From an uncultured Thermoplasmata archaeon (GTDB lineage Archaea > Thermoplasmatota > Thermoplasmata > Lutacidiplasmatales > UBA184), in assembly GCA_963749205.1 (NCBI GenBank), contig CAVVLW010000006.1:449176-513175 (forward strand): DNA of 64,000 nucleotides, read 5' to 3'. The first letter of the stretch is position 1. Every line of letters begins with the position of its first letter. Positions 1 to 9,804 of this stretch are shown here, one piece after another. The position numbers and the translations under genes were made by a program. The notes beneath the pieces were generated by a model. That model was not told the DNA's origin. It saw only the letters and a list, made by a program, of their open reading frames with translations, and did not search any database.

Positions 1-308
1 GGGTCCCTCACAAGGGCGTTCCGCTCCATCGTCATCGAATCGAGGATGAGGCTTGGTATGTGCTCGAGGGAATCCTGCGTTTCGAGTCTGGAACTCGAGA
101 ATTCGAAGCACCTGCGGGGACCGGGGTCTTCCTGCCACGAGGCACGCCACACACGTTCTGGAACCCCGGGCCAGTTCCTGCGCGTTACTTGCTAATCATG
201 GGTCCTAAGACCGCCGGCCTTCTGGAGGTGCTTCACGGACCCAGTCGTCCGCCACCCGCGGGTCTGAAAGCCCTCTACGATACTTTTGAGATCGATCTTC
301 TGGAGTAG
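1..308 (+). CDS. cupin-domain protein (5' end outside window)
   Basis: Frame of ORF 60..308 stays open back to base 3 and reads PLHRHRIEDEAWYVLEG, a cupin His/Glu metal motif, so GTG-60 is internal. Confidence 0.65.
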   Translation, partial: VPHKGVPLHRHRIEDEAWYVLEGILRFESGTREFEAPAGTGVFLPRGTPHTFWNPGPVPARYLLIMGPKTAGLLEVLHGPSRPPPAGLKALYDTFEIDLLE

Positions 309-327
309 GTGCAAGGCCGATTGCGAC
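308..327. repeat. REP-like palindrome
   Basis: GGTGCAAGGCCGATTGCGAC; begins at the last base of the cupin gene's stop codon. Confidence 0.6.
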
Positions 328-422
328 GTGTCTCCGACTTCTGCCGCAGATTCGCATGCAACCGGCTCCAGGTCAGGGACGACCACACCCCCAGGAATGA
401 GTAAACTGTCATCCCTTGAGAG

Positions 423-430
423 TTTATTTG
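423..430 (+). promoter_or_regulatory. TATA-like box upstream of DinB gene
   Basis: TTTATTTG centred about 29 nt upstream of ATG 455; the same spacing recurs at other genes here. Confidence 0.35.
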
Positions 431-454
431 TCGAAATGGGATAGACGTGGGTCC

Positions 455-1123
455 ATGGTCACCACGATCGACCTCATGGACTTTGTCCATGAACTTAGGG
501 AGGATTTTTTCGAATGTACGGCAAAGCTGGGCTGGAAGGAGTTCTCCAAGGACCGGGGGGTGAGCATGCACTCCTTTCGCAACATCTTTCTCCACCTGGC
601 GTACGTGGAAGAACAGCACGTTACCGAGTTCTGCGAGGGGAGACCCACCCCTTGGATGGCCGAGGTGATGAGAATCCCCCGGGACCGATACCTCACCATT
701 GCCTCGGTCCGGAAACGGCTCCGACAGGTTCGAGCGATGGGAGATCATCGGTTCAAGAAATGGAACACTCCCGAGGAACTGGACAAGCCCGCGGTCTGGG
801 TAGCCGCGGAGAAGTACCCCTTGCGATTATCCCGGGACTCCGCCCTCGCGCAGTGCCTGACGGAACACTTGCTACACCTTGGTGAAGTGGAAGCCATGCT
901 CTGGCAGATGGACGTGGAGCCGCCCACAACGTTCTGGATCGAACGTAGAGTGCTCCGGGGGAAGTGGCCGCCTCCCAGGTCCGCCCTCTTCCGAGGTCGC
1001 GTTCTTCCACGACGCCAAGCCGTGCGTCGCTCTGTCAAGAGAGGGAAAAAGGGAACGTTGAACGGCTCCAAAACATCCGTTGCGAGTCCTCGGCCGGCGA
1101 ATAACGACGCCGATGCCTCCTGA
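455..1123 (+). CDS. DinB-family protein
   Basis: ORF 416..1123 trimmed to ATG 455; His-rich helices FLHLAYVEEQH and LTEHLLHLGEVE; WIERRVLRGKWPPPRS aligns with the C-terminus of paralog 27404..27934 and is followed by an odd 45-aa basic tail. Confidence 0.65.
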   Translation: MVTTIDLMDFVHELREDFFECTAKLGWKEFSKDRGVSMHSFRNIFLHLAYVEEQHVTEFCEGRPTPWMAEVMRIPRDRYLTIASVRKRLRQVRAMGDHRFKKWNTPEELDKPAVWVAAEKYPLRLSRDSALAQCLTEHLLHLGEVEAMLWQMDVEPPTTFWIERRVLRGKWPPPRSALFRGRVLPRRQAVRRSVKRGKKGTLNGSKTSVASPRPANNDADAS

Positions 1124-1161
1124 TTCAACGGGAGCGGTGCAATATCCACCTCCCGTGATCT

Positions 1162-1182
1162 GGGTGCAAGTTCCGTTGCGCC
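1162..1182. repeat. REP-like palindrome
   Basis: GGGTGCAAGTTCCGTTGCGCC; a weaker copy GGTGCAATATCCACC lies at 1134..1150. Confidence 0.6.
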
Positions 1183-1198
1183 TACCTCGCGGGAGAAC

Positions 1199-1588
1199 TC
1201 AGGACCAGAAGTTGTCGAATTCGTAGGGCTTGCCGAAGTACACCCAGCATTCGGCAATCTTGCCACTCCGAATCCGGTATACGTTCACACTCTCGTCTTC
1301 AATCGCCCGCTCTCCCCGAGTCGCCTTGTACGTGACCCACTGAAATGCGGTAGAGTCGCTCGCCACCACCTCGTGGAGCTCTTCTCGAATAGTGCCCCCG
1401 CTCCGCTCATAGAGCTGAGCGCCCCACTTCGCGATTTCGTCGAATCCACGAAAGTCGCCTGACAGCACTCCCCGGCCGGAAACGTGCCAGACAGCGTTAG
1501 GGTCGAAGGCGGGACGGGCAGCTTCCGCATCTCCGCGCATGAACGCGTCGAACGCGTTCCGGATCAGAGTTTCGTTCGGATGTGCCAT
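1199..1588 (-). CDS. SnoaL-like / NTF2-fold protein
   Basis: 129-aa ORF; IRNAFDAFMRGDAEAA near the N-terminus and VYRIRSGKIAECWVYF near the C-terminus are typical SnoaL-like patterns. Confidence 0.75.
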   Translation of the reverse strand: MAHPNETLIRNAFDAFMRGDAEAARPAFDPNAVWHVSGRGVLSGDFRGFDEIAKWGAQLYERSGGTIREELHEVVASDSTAFQWVTYKATRGERAIEDESVNVYRIRSGKIAECWVYFGKPYEFDNFWS

Positions 1589-1674
1589 GTTCGATCAAGA
1601 GGCGAGCTACTGGGGGAGACAGAAGGGGCCGTTAGAACTTACCGTTCTTCATTTGGACTCGTTCCTACGACAAA

Positions 1675-1695
1675 GGTGCAATGCCGATTGCAACC
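1675..1695. repeat. REP-like palindrome
   Basis: GGTGCAATGCCGATTGCAACC. Confidence 0.75.
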
Positions 1696-2006
1696 ACGAG
1701 ATTGACGGGAAAGAATGGGATTGGTAATGATTGATGAAACTCGCTGGAGAGAACTCACAGAAATTCGTCAATTGAACCTTGGTCGGAACAGAACGTTAAC
1801 GGCGTCCAGACCCCGCGCTGACTCGATTGACCCGACGCTGGGAGGTGCACCTTCCTCACACCCCTCCCTCGTCGGTAGGGGAAAGCGCGTTGCGGTCACT
1901 TCAATTGACGCTCCCCTCGATCGGTGAGTGCCAGAAGGCCCCGCCACACCATCGGAGCTAAGTGCGAAGTGCCGGTCAGATTTCGCACGAATCGGGAGCG
2001 CGGTCC

Positions 2007-2447
2007 ATGGCGAGGGAGATCAGAACTGAGATCAGAATCCATGCTTCGTCCGACCGGGTCTGGGAAGTATTGACAGACTTCCCAACTTACAATTCGTGGA
2101 ACCCCTTCATTCGGGAGGTCTCCGGAGCGGCCGTGCTGGGAGGCAGACTAGTGGTTCGGCTCCAGGGGTCGGGGACATCCACGATGACGTTCCGACCTCG
2201 AGTTCTCACCGCAAGGAAGCCTCGGGAGCTTCGGTGGCTCGGTCGCCTCGGTATTCCGGGACTCTTTGACGGCGAACACTGGTTCACCATCGCGCCGGTC
2301 GATGGGGGTGACGTTCTGTTCACTCAAGCCGAATCCTTCCGAGGCCTTCTTGTTCCACTCCTCTGGCGCCGCTTGGAACGTGACACGAAACCCATGTTCG
2401 GTCGAATGAACGAGGCACTGCGGATCCGAGCTGAGGCCGTCGTCTAG
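2007..2447 (+). CDS. SRPBCC (START/polyketide-cyclase-like) domain protein
   Basis: ORF 1962..2447 trimmed to ATG 2007; IRIHASSDRVWEVLTDFPTYNSWNPF is a typical SRPBCC N-terminus. Confidence 0.7.
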   Translation: MAREIRTEIRIHASSDRVWEVLTDFPTYNSWNPFIREVSGAAVLGGRLVVRLQGSGTSTMTFRPRVLTARKPRELRWLGRLGIPGLFDGEHWFTIAPVDGGDVLFTQAESFRGLLVPLLWRRLERDTKPMFGRMNEALRIRAEAVV

Positions 2448-2480
2448 TTAGGGGCCGATGGTGCCTGTCGCGGGTTGATT

Positions 2481-2505
2481 GGCTGTAGGTAGCCTTGCGC
2501 CCACC
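2481..2505. repeat. REP-like palindrome (variant)
   Basis: GGCTGTAGGTAGCCTTGCGCCCACC. Confidence 0.5.
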
Positions 2506-2631
2506 CCAAGCCACGGAACCGATTCCGCATAGGAAGGTGCCAGTACCCCGTATCACGCCCGGGTCGGAGCAGCTCGACTCGTAGTGACCCATTGGGATAC
2601 TATTAGTAGCGGGTCTCTCTCCAATTAGCCC

Positions 2632-3117
2632 ATGGAAGCGGACCTCGACCCATCCCTGTCCGCCCTATTCCGGAGCAGGACCCGACTTCTGACGATGGCG
2701 GTTCTCGCAAACGCGGATGAGCCATTGACGGGTTACCGCGTGGCGAAGGTCGCCGGCCTCCCCCGGACCAAAGTATATCCGGAGATCCGTAAAGGAGTCA
2801 GCGCGGGGTTGCTGGTCCGAGACGGTCCGGGGTATCGGATGGATGACCCGGACGTTCGGGATCTCCTCCGAAAGCGCGTCAGGATTCGCTGGTACGACGA
2901 GTGGAACCAGGCGCGAGGAAGCCGGGCCAATTCCGTCGAGCGCGAACTAAGTCAGATCCGAATGTCGTTGAAGCGGGTCCGCACCTACGATCCGAGCAAT
3001 CGGATACCGGCGTCCGCCATTCGGGAGTTGAGCCGCGATCCCGAAAAGGACCGCATTCTGCACCGATTGGGATTGCGCCCTTCAACCCGAAAGCGCCCCC
3101 GTAAGAAGGCCTATTGA
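2632..3117 (+). CDS. winged-helix DNA-binding protein
   Basis: LLTMAVLANADEPLTGYRVAKVAGLPRTKVYPEIRKGVSAGLLVR reads as a wHTH; basic C-terminal tail. Confidence 0.5.
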   Translation: MEADLDPSLSALFRSRTRLLTMAVLANADEPLTGYRVAKVAGLPRTKVYPEIRKGVSAGLLVRDGPGYRMDDPDVRDLLRKRVRIRWYDEWNQARGSRANSVERELSQIRMSLKRVRTYDPSNRIPASAIRELSRDPEKDRILHRLGLRPSTRKRPRKKAY

Positions 3118-3263
3118 GTCTCGCACTGTGTTTCGATGGTAGTGGGTATATTGTTGGTTCCACCCAGCCTGGGCGAGAGGACTGCCAAACACGGTACTCA
3201 GGGGGTGAGTCGAGGCGCGATAAGGATCGGCAAAAGCGGTCTTGCACCTACGCCGCCGAGTTT

Positions 3264-3285
3264 CGTTGTAATCGGTGTTGCAGCC
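3264..3285. repeat. REP-like palindrome (variant)
   Basis: CGTTGTAATCGGTGTTGCAGCC. Confidence 0.5.
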
Positions 3286-3337
3286 GTGCCGGCGCCTCGG
3301 GTGCGTAGCGAATCCGTGGTAGGCCGTCGGACGCGGA

Positions 3338-3343
3338 CTTAAG
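3338..3343 (+). promoter_or_regulatory. TATA-like box of cyclase paralog 1
   Basis: CTTAAG centred 26 nt upstream of GTG 3366; equivalent boxes at the same distance in all four paralogs. Confidence 0.45.
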
Positions 3344-3365
3344 ACGCCGGGCGCCTCCGACGTTC

Positions 3366-5316
3366 GTGGAACAAAGCCGCCGCCTCGCCGCCGTCATGTT
3401 CACCGACACCGTTGGGTTCACGGCGTCCACACAGGCGAACGAAGGTCGCACCCTCGAGCTGCTACGCCAGCAGGCGGAACTGCTTCGACCGCTGATCGCA
3501 CTCCACCAGGGTCGAGAAATCAAGTCGACGGGGGACGGCTTCCTCGTGGAATTCGACAGCGCGCTTAAGGCCGTTCAATGCGCGGTGAACATCCAGCGCC
3601 GGATAAACGACCGGAACTCCGAAGGGGGTCAGACACCCATTCGAATTCGAATCGGAGTCCATCTGGGGGACGTGGTCCAAAACGGGGGCGACATCCTCGG
3701 AGATGCCGTGAACCTTGCGGCCCGAATCGAACCTCTTGCCGAGCCCGGTGGAGTCTGCGTTTCCAGCGCCGTCTATGACCAGGTCCGGACAAAGGTCGCC
3801 GACAAGTTCGAGAAGCTTCAGCCGAAGGCGTTGAAGGGGATCGAAGTCCCGATGGATGTCTATCGGGTGCTGTTTCCCTGGATGAACAACGACAGTGGAC
3901 CGGCGGCTGATGAGTCGCTTTCCGCCGACAAGAGCCGTCTCGCAGTTCTCCCCTTCGCCAACATCAGCCCTGACCCGTCGGACGAATATTTCGCCGATGG
4001 GCTTACCGAGGAGCTCATCGCGAACCTCTCGGTCGTGCCGGGTTTGAAGGTGATTGCTCGTACCTCGGTCATCGGCTACAAAAAGACAGAGAAGTCCGTT
4101 ACTACGATCGGGAAGGAGCTAGGGGTTGGGACGATCGTGGAAGGGAGTGTCCGCAGGTCGGCAAATCGAATCCGCGTAACGGTTCAGGTCATCGACGTGG
4201 CTACCCAGGAACACCTTTGGACGGCGAAGTACGACGATGACCTCGACGACATCTTCGCCGTGCAAGGCGACATCGCGACGAAGGTTGCCACTGCCCTCCC
4301 GGGAGGGTTGAAGAGGGAGAAGCCTCCGATTCCCGAGCTCGCGAAACCCAGGGAAACGGAGGCCTACCTTCTGTATCTCCAGGGGCAAGCTCTGATGTGG
4401 AAGACAGACGAGGATTCGCTGCGTCGTTCCCTGGAGTTTTTCAAGAAGGCGCTTCAGACCGACCCTACGTTCGCTCGAGCACATGCGGGCATGGCGCGCG
4501 CATACGCCGGGCTCGGATCGGAGGATTTCATGTCGTGGCTGGACGCCTGCAATCTCGGTCGGGCGGCGGCCGAGAAGGCGATCGCTATTGACCCAGGCCT
4601 GGCCGAAGCTCACGCCCTGCGGGCCGAGATCGCGTTCATGGCCGATGAGACGGCCGACGTCCTAGACCGAGAAGTACGAAGGGCGCTCGAGTTGAACCCC
4701 AACTTGGCTCAGGCGCATACCATATTGGCGGCTCTAGCGGGCTCCCTCGGCATAGAAGAGGCGTACGCCGTGGAGAACGAGGCAGCGTACCGACTGGACC
4801 CGCTTTCACCCCCAACAATTCGATCCTTGGGAAATGCGGTACTTCTTCGGGGGGCGGTTCGAAGAGGCCCTGGCCCACTGGAAGAAGACGATTGAACGGG
4901 CCCCGATCGATTCCTACCGTGGGTTGGCGGATCTTTACATGCTCAAGGGAGACTTCGAACAGGCGGAGCTGATGGTTAAGGAATTGGAACGCCTCGCTCC
5001 GGCCAGCGACTTGGCTCTCCTCTGCCGGGGCTGGCTTTCGGCGGTGACGGGAGACCGTCCCACCGCGATGAAGATGATCGAGAGGCTTCAGGAAACCTCT
5101 CGCGAGGGGTACGCGCGCCAATCCTCGGTCGGATTCGTCTACTATGCACTTGGCGACCTTGACCGGTTCTTCGAGGTCATGTTTGCTGCAGCGAAAGCGC
5201 ACACGATGCAGGCAGCTCGGATCCGCATGTCCCCCCTGTTCGCGGGGGCGAGGAAGGACTCGAGATTCGTCGAGCTTATGTCGACGTACGGCAGACCCGT
5301 TCAGGCTCCGAAGTAG
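3366..5316 (+). pseudogene. class III adenylate/guanylate cyclase - TolB-like - TPR protein, paralog 1, one frameshift
   Basis: ORFs 3366..4895 and 4834..5316 together align end to end with intact paralog 17185..19137. Cyclase motifs MFTDTVGFT, STGDGFLVEF and GDAVNLAARIE. Removing one G at 4838/4839 (GCGGTAC) gives SLGNAYFFGGRFEEALAHW. Confidence 0.85.
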
Positions 5317-5360
5317 GCCGAACGGTCCCGAATCTCCACCCCTCAGGGGGAGGGCACGGC

Positions 5361-5383
5361 GGGGTGCAAGTGCGATTGCACTC
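5361..5383. repeat. REP-like palindrome
   Basis: GGGGTGCAAGTGCGATTGCACTC; between the convergent cyclase-1 and antitoxin genes. Confidence 0.75.
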
Positions 5384-5402
5384 ACGATTCCGGGCTGGAC
5401 GG

Positions 5403-5739
5403 TCAGTCGAGCTCCAAGACGAGTCGTCGCTCCTTGTCCGGCGCGACCAGCACCTCTTGTCCGCTCCGGAAGCTTCAAGTATTTCGCGAGGGGCGGCGGG
5501 ATTCGGACGACGAGGGAGTTGCCAGACCGAACAACTTTGACTTTAGTAGCCAGTCCCCGCAGTCCGAGCTCCTTGGCCCGTGCCTCTACCCGGTCCATGC
5601 TCCTCCCGCTTAGGAATGACTCGCCACATCGGTCACACACCTCACCGTCGTAAATGCCGAGGTCAACACCCAACATCTCCTCACGATCAGCAGCCGGTCG
5701 AAGAACTCCCTTGCCACAGGCGGGGCACTTCTCTGCCAT
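5403..5739 (-). pseudogene. zinc-ribbon + AbrB/SpoVT-type antitoxin, one frameshift
   Basis: Starts MAEKCPACGKGVL...CDRCGE (two CxxC pairs), then VVRSGNSLVVRIPPPLAKYLKL. Removing one base in CCGG at 5466..5469 gives ...PSGQEVLVAPDKERRLVLELD and a stop at 5403. As assembled it runs on antisense through the cyclase. Confidence 0.55.
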
Positions 5740-5741
5740 TG

Positions 5742-5948
5742 CTACCACCGAGGTGTCACTGTGGTCACGAAGCACCTGCGCCCTTGGATAACGTAAACCG
5801 CTGAGAAATAGCGGTAGGTTGAGACAATTCGACCCGCTTGGCGAGTCTGCGAGCCGGATCGAATTGCGGCATCCACCTCTGTGCGTAAGATCCCCCGAAG
5901 TACCATCCTTTGACGAGCATGTTTACTGTAGAGGACCTCAAGGGTCAT
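5742..5948 (-). CDS. DUF4258-like toxin
   Basis: 68-aa ORF (YSKHARQRMVLRGI...) ending 2 nt before the antitoxin ATG. Confidence 0.55.
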   Translation of the reverse strand: MTLEVLYSKHARQRMVLRGILRTEVDAAIRSGSQTRQAGRIVSTYRYFSAVYVIQGRRCFVTTVTPRW

Positions 5949-6060
5949 CCATGACAGGTATTACGCGTATTACCTCAAAGACTTCTACCGAGCGCCTTTC
6001 CACTAGAGGAAGTTAGAGGAGCGTCCACCCCGGCTCGTATGGTCTCTATCTCTCCCCTGT

Positions 6061-6082
6061 GCGTGTATTGTTGATTGCAACC
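6061..6082. repeat. REP-like palindrome (variant)
   Basis: GCGTGTATTGTTGATTGCAACC. Confidence 0.5.
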
Positions 6083-6097
6083 AGCTCGACGCACCGT

Positions 6098-6580
6098 CTA
6101 GGAGAGATCCCTGGCGAGAGCAGCGGAGAGCCGCGCCCATAGCTGAGAATCCTCGCGCTTCAGTTTTCGAGCTCGACGTCGCATCGAACCTTGCGTCGGT
6201 CGAGTGTCGACAGGCTCAACCTGGTTCCCAGTGAAATGCAGCGTCGAGGCGGCCGGGCCACGGGGGGTGAGCTCGTAGAGGAATTGTGAATACTTGGCGG
6301 GGCCGGAGACGTGAGTTGAGGTCCACATCCAGCGATACGGAAATAGATGGACCAACTTGATTTTCACTGTCCTCGCCCCAGGTCGGGGGTCGAAAGGATC
6401 CTCCTCGAACGAGTCGGTGAGTAGGATGAGGTCATCCGTCAGCTTTTCGACCTTGCGCGAGCCCTTGATCTCTGCGAGTTCGAAGTCATCGGGACGGTAG
6501 TCAGTTGCCCAACGGTATGCCCGCGGCCGTGACGCTGCCAACTTTGTGGCAAAGCGGTATCTTAGTCGCTGGAGAGGCAT
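6098..6580 (-). CDS. SRPBCC-like protein
   Basis: 160-aa ORF; shares the N-terminal pattern A..R.Y.W.TDYR..D with 58205..58705. Confidence 0.5.
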   Translation of the reverse strand: MPLQRLRYRFATKLAASRPRAYRWATDYRPDDFELAEIKGSRKVEKLTDDLILLTDSFEEDPFDPRPGARTVKIKLVHLFPYRWMWTSTHVSGPAKYSQFLYELTPRGPAASTLHFTGNQVEPVDTRPTQGSMRRRARKLKREDSQLWARLSAALARDLS

Positions 6581-6777
6581 TCCATGTGGGCCAGAAATCG
6601 AGTGAGGATAACGTCACCGCGAGGCTGAACTTTCCGATCAGCCCGATTGGCGTCGGTGGTGGAAAGTGGCGTTGACCCCACCGATCACCGTGACAATCAG
6701 TCAAACACGTCCGGGCGCCGGCATGGTCCCGCGATAGGCCCAACCTCGTTTAGTAGCGGTAGCGACTGCGATGCCGT

Positions 6778-7056
6778 ATGATTCTACCAGGGCTCATCTC
6801 GGCCGTGTTCTATCGGCGTCGTCCCAGCGCGCTTCAGATTGGTCTGGGGCTCGTCTTTACCATTGTCCTGTCCGGACTGCTTGGATACATCCAAGACGTC
6901 GGGACCTCCCGCGTGTGGGAAAACGTCGCGCTGGCGATCGTGGGAGGCGTCATTCTCTACGTTGCCATTCTCGCCTACCTCGTCTACCGATACTTCCCCA
7001 GGCGGGCGATGGCAGGGGAGCAACAGGCCTCTGCGCCTTCGGCACCTCCGCACTGA
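6778..7056 (+). CDS. small membrane protein
   Basis: 92-aa ORF with two clear hydrophobic helices. Confidence 0.4.
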   Translation: MILPGLISAVFYRRRPSALQIGLGLVFTIVLSGLLGYIQDVGTSRVWENVALAIVGGVILYVAILAYLVYRYFPRRAMAGEQQASAPSAPPH

Positions 7057-7159
7057 CTAGGGCCTGCGGGAGCGAGCCCTCTGCCGGAGGCAGAGGGTGC
7101 GAGGGGCGTTGCACCTTGCCTCCGTTAGGCATAGAAGGGAGGTTCTCTTCGGCCGTGGC

Positions 7160-7915
7160 ATGTGCCACACGGACGACTCGAGGGCCCCCGAGCCCCCGCA
7201 TAAGGGGCCCGTCGGCGACCATGGCGAACTCGAGTTGACCACCTCGGACGGGAACCAGTTCCGAGCGTTCCGTGCCGCTCCGGCGGCGGCCTGCGTGGGC
7301 GGGATGGTCATCCTCCCCGATGTTCGAGGTTTGCACCCCTACTACGAGGATCTCACGATGCGTTTCGCCGAAGCTGGTTTCACAACCATCGCCATCGATT
7401 ACTTCGGTCGAAGCGCGGGCATTGGAAAGCGCGATGACTCGTTTGACTGGAAGTCGCACTTTCAGACGGTGACGCCTGAGGGGGTAGCGCACGACGTGCG
7501 CGCAGCGGTCGAGAGGCTCCGGGCGGACGCGACGGACCCCAAGTTTCCGATCTTCTCCGTCGGATTCTGCTTCGGCGGCGCCAACTCCTGGCGGCAGTCC
7601 GGGGAGGGGCACGGACTCGCGGGTTGCATTGGATTCTACGGTGGCAAACCCATGGACCGGGCCGGGCCGGCCATCCCGAAGATGACGGCCCCCCTCCTCA
7701 TGCTGCTCGCGGGGGCTGACCAGGGGACACCGCCGACCGAGTTCGACGAATTCGCAACGCAGGTCAGGTCGCGTGGTGTCGAGGTCGAATCACACACCTA
7801 TCCGGGCGCGCCGCACAGCTACTTCGACCGCACTTTCGCCGAGCACCGCGAGGCGTGCCAGGATTCGTGGAAGCGAATCCTCGAGTTCACGGACCGCCAC
7901 TCACCCCAGAAGTGA
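7160..7915 (+). CDS. dienelactone hydrolase family protein
   Basis: ORF 7097..7915 trimmed to ATG 7160; GMVILPDVRGLHPYYEDL, nucleophile region FSVGFCFGG, C-terminal YPGAPHSYF. Confidence 0.8.
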   Translation: MCHTDDSRAPEPPHKGPVGDHGELELTTSDGNQFRAFRAAPAAACVGGMVILPDVRGLHPYYEDLTMRFAEAGFTTIAIDYFGRSAGIGKRDDSFDWKSHFQTVTPEGVAHDVRAAVERLRADATDPKFPIFSVGFCFGGANSWRQSGEGHGLAGCIGFYGGKPMDRAGPAIPKMTAPLLMLLAGADQGTPPTEFDEFATQVRSRGVEVESHTYPGAPHSYFDRTFAEHREACQDSWKRILEFTDRHSPQK

Positions 7916-7940
7916 TGCGGCTTACTGCGTCGTCGGGAGT

Positions 7941-7961
7941 GGGTGCAATCTCGTTGCAACT
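7941..7961. repeat. REP-like palindrome
   Basis: GGGTGCAATCTCGTTGCAACT; 26 nt after the hydrolase stop. Confidence 0.75.
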
Positions 7962-8068
7962 ACAACGCCCCCCCTCTACCCACCGGATTCTTAGAACGTT
8001 CCCGAAACTCGACCTGTCCAATGCACGACTTCGTCACGGCCAACGGAATGAGTTGATATCGCGCGAGG

Positions 8069-8344
8069 GTGTCAGTCCCAACCGATCGGATGTCGGACGA
8101 AACCTCCAGGCCCTTACCAACCGAGGTTCTAAAGTGCCGGAACTGTGGAAAGGAGATGGTCAAGGGCGCTATAGCGGGCGAATCAATCCGCCCACTTACT
8201 CCGGCCAACGTGGTGTGGATCGATGAGTCGGGCGGTTCATCCGACCTGACGTCCGCAGGAATGTTTGCTTGGAGCAAATCGCCCAGAATTCCTGCGTTCG
8301 ATTGCGAAGGTTGTGGAATCATCGAGCTAAGATACGAAGTGTGA
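8069..8344 (+). CDS. small zinc-ribbon-like protein
   Basis: CRNCG ... CEGCG pairs in a 91-aa ORF. Confidence 0.35.
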   Translation: MSVPTDRMSDETSRPLPTEVLKCRNCGKEMVKGAIAGESIRPLTPANVVWIDESGGSSDLTSAGMFAWSKSPRIPAFDCEGCGIIELRYEV

Positions 8345-8374
8345 ACTGGTTCTGCGGAGGGAATCGACGAAAAC

Positions 8375-8394
8375 GCGCAACGTCGATTGCGCAC
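8375..8394. repeat. REP-like palindrome
   Basis: GCGCAACGTCGATTGCGCAC; perfect GCGCAA/TTGCGC arms. Confidence 0.7.
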
Positions 8395-8420
8395 TCTCCT
8401 CAAAGACGGACAATCACAGG

Positions 8421-8448
8421 GGTGGGTGCGCGCTTCATTGCACCCACC
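8421..8448. repeat. REP-like palindrome
   Basis: GGTGGGTGCGCGCTTCATTGCACCCACC; perfect 9-bp arms. Confidence 0.75.
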
Positions 8449-8570
8449 GCCGCGGTCCCCTCCGGAGCTGCGGGGGGGCTTGCACTCATTCGTCCCGCAG
8501 GCTCGACAGGGTCTCGTCCCAAAGGTCGGTATAGGTCCGCGCGTTCACTGAATGTGGGTCGGTCATTGGT

Positions 8571-8949
8571 ATGGTCGAGGATTTGCTGGAAGCTCTCAAA
8601 CGGACGTGGGAGGCCGGAGTACGCGCCTGATGCGGCCAGGTTGTACCTCGAAAATGCGATTCATCAGGACGGCGTGGGTCGGCAGGGAACACTCCTCCGA
8701 GGGCGAATGGCAATTTGCAAGGCGATCGAGGAGATGTTTGCCGTCCGCGAGCCTCGGTTCACCGTGACATCGATGTTCTCCACCGGAGCCCAAGGCGTCG
8801 CGCAGTGGACCTTCTCTTGGACCGACTCGAAGGATGGATTGCGGATGGAGATATCCGGCGCGAGTGTGTTCGATTTTCGAGATGGCCTCGTCGCAAGGGA
8901 GACGAGCTACTACGACCCAATGCCTGCGCCTGTTCGGCCATACGTGTAA
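8571..8949 (+). pseudogene. SnoaL-like / NTF2-fold protein, one frameshift
   Basis: ATG 8571 gives MVEDLLEALKRTWEAG, then the frame of ORF 8269..8949 continues YAPDAARLYLENAIHQDG...; one extra base in CCGG at 8614..8617. Confidence 0.5.
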
Positions 8950-8994
8950 ATTCTGGCGATCTCGTTCATTGCCAACGCATCCGGTGAGTGTTAG

Positions 8995-9026
8995 GCGCGT
9001 TGCACTCACTGCAATCTGCAACGCGC
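8995..9026. repeat. REP-like palindrome (long loop)
   Basis: GCGCGTTGCACTCACTGCAATCTGCAACGCGC; 10-bp arms. Confidence 0.65.
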
Positions 9027-9125
9027 GCCAAGTCCCCCGATGCCGCCCCCGCTGCGGCTCGGCGCCTAGGGCGGACGGTCAACTTTCATAGGGATGCACC
9101 GGTTGGGGGGCACGTGAGTCGTCCG

Positions 9126-9590
9126 ATGCGTCTTGAAGTGGTCGGGCTCCGTGTCACTAACCTACGGCGCTCTTTGCGCTTCTATACCAAGGCGCTTGGT
9201 CTCAAGGTGGTGGCGCGGGGCGATACGCGAGGGTGGGGAGGTGGGATCTGGATCCGGCTGCAGGACCCTCGGACTCATCGAAACGTTGAGCTCAACTGGT
9301 ACCCGCGTAATTCGATCTTCTTTCGTCGATATACTCTTGGCGAAGCAGTTGATCACCTTGACTTCTCGATCGGAGTAGCTCCGAGGTCTACGCTGGAATC
9401 GGTCCATCTTCGTCTCGTGCGGGCAGGAGCTCGAACCACCGCGTACTCCCCGTCGACTACTCAGGGCTGGATGGCGAGCGTTCGAGACCCGGATGGAATC
9501 TGGATCACAATCGGTCGCCGGCCCACCACCAAGGAGCGCCACGCGATGGCGAAACCCCGCAAGCCGGGGAATCGTAAGCGAAGTTCCTAG
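9126..9590 (+). CDS. VOC (glyoxalase/bleomycin-resistance) family protein
   Basis: ORF 8988..9590 trimmed to ATG 9126; MRLEVVGLRVTNLRRSLRFYTKALGLKV and VRDPDGIWITI are VOC hallmarks. Confidence 0.75.
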   Translation: MRLEVVGLRVTNLRRSLRFYTKALGLKVVARGDTRGWGGGIWIRLQDPRTHRNVELNWYPRNSIFFRRYTLGEAVDHLDFSIGVAPRSTLESVHLRLVRAGARTTAYSPSTTQGWMASVRDPDGIWITIGRRPTTKERHAMAKPRKPGNRKRSS

Positions 9591-9678
9591 AGGGTTGCGA
9601 ACTTCAGAACAAGCTCGTTCGGCGCCCGAAAGGTCACGGGTGAGTCGCACTCAAGTTCCAGCCCCACGCGAAGGCACC

Positions 9679-9705
9679 GGTGGGTGCAATCTCGATTGCA
9701 ACCAC
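9679..9705. repeat. REP-like palindrome
   Basis: GGTGGGTGCAATCTCGATTGCAACCAC. Confidence 0.8.
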
Positions 9706-9804
9706 TTTCTTCTCGCGGAAGGGGCCTCCCTCCCGTGGGCAGATACTCACTTACTGACCTTTGCGTAAATGGGTTAATATCCGGCCTGCACTATCGCCCT
9801 CGGC

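Noticed and set aside
4636-5402. 3' two-thirds of ORF 4636..5775 as real coding sequence
   Set aside because: This part runs antisense through the cyclase gene. The antitoxin family sequence ends at a stop at 5403 once a one-base frameshift is corrected.
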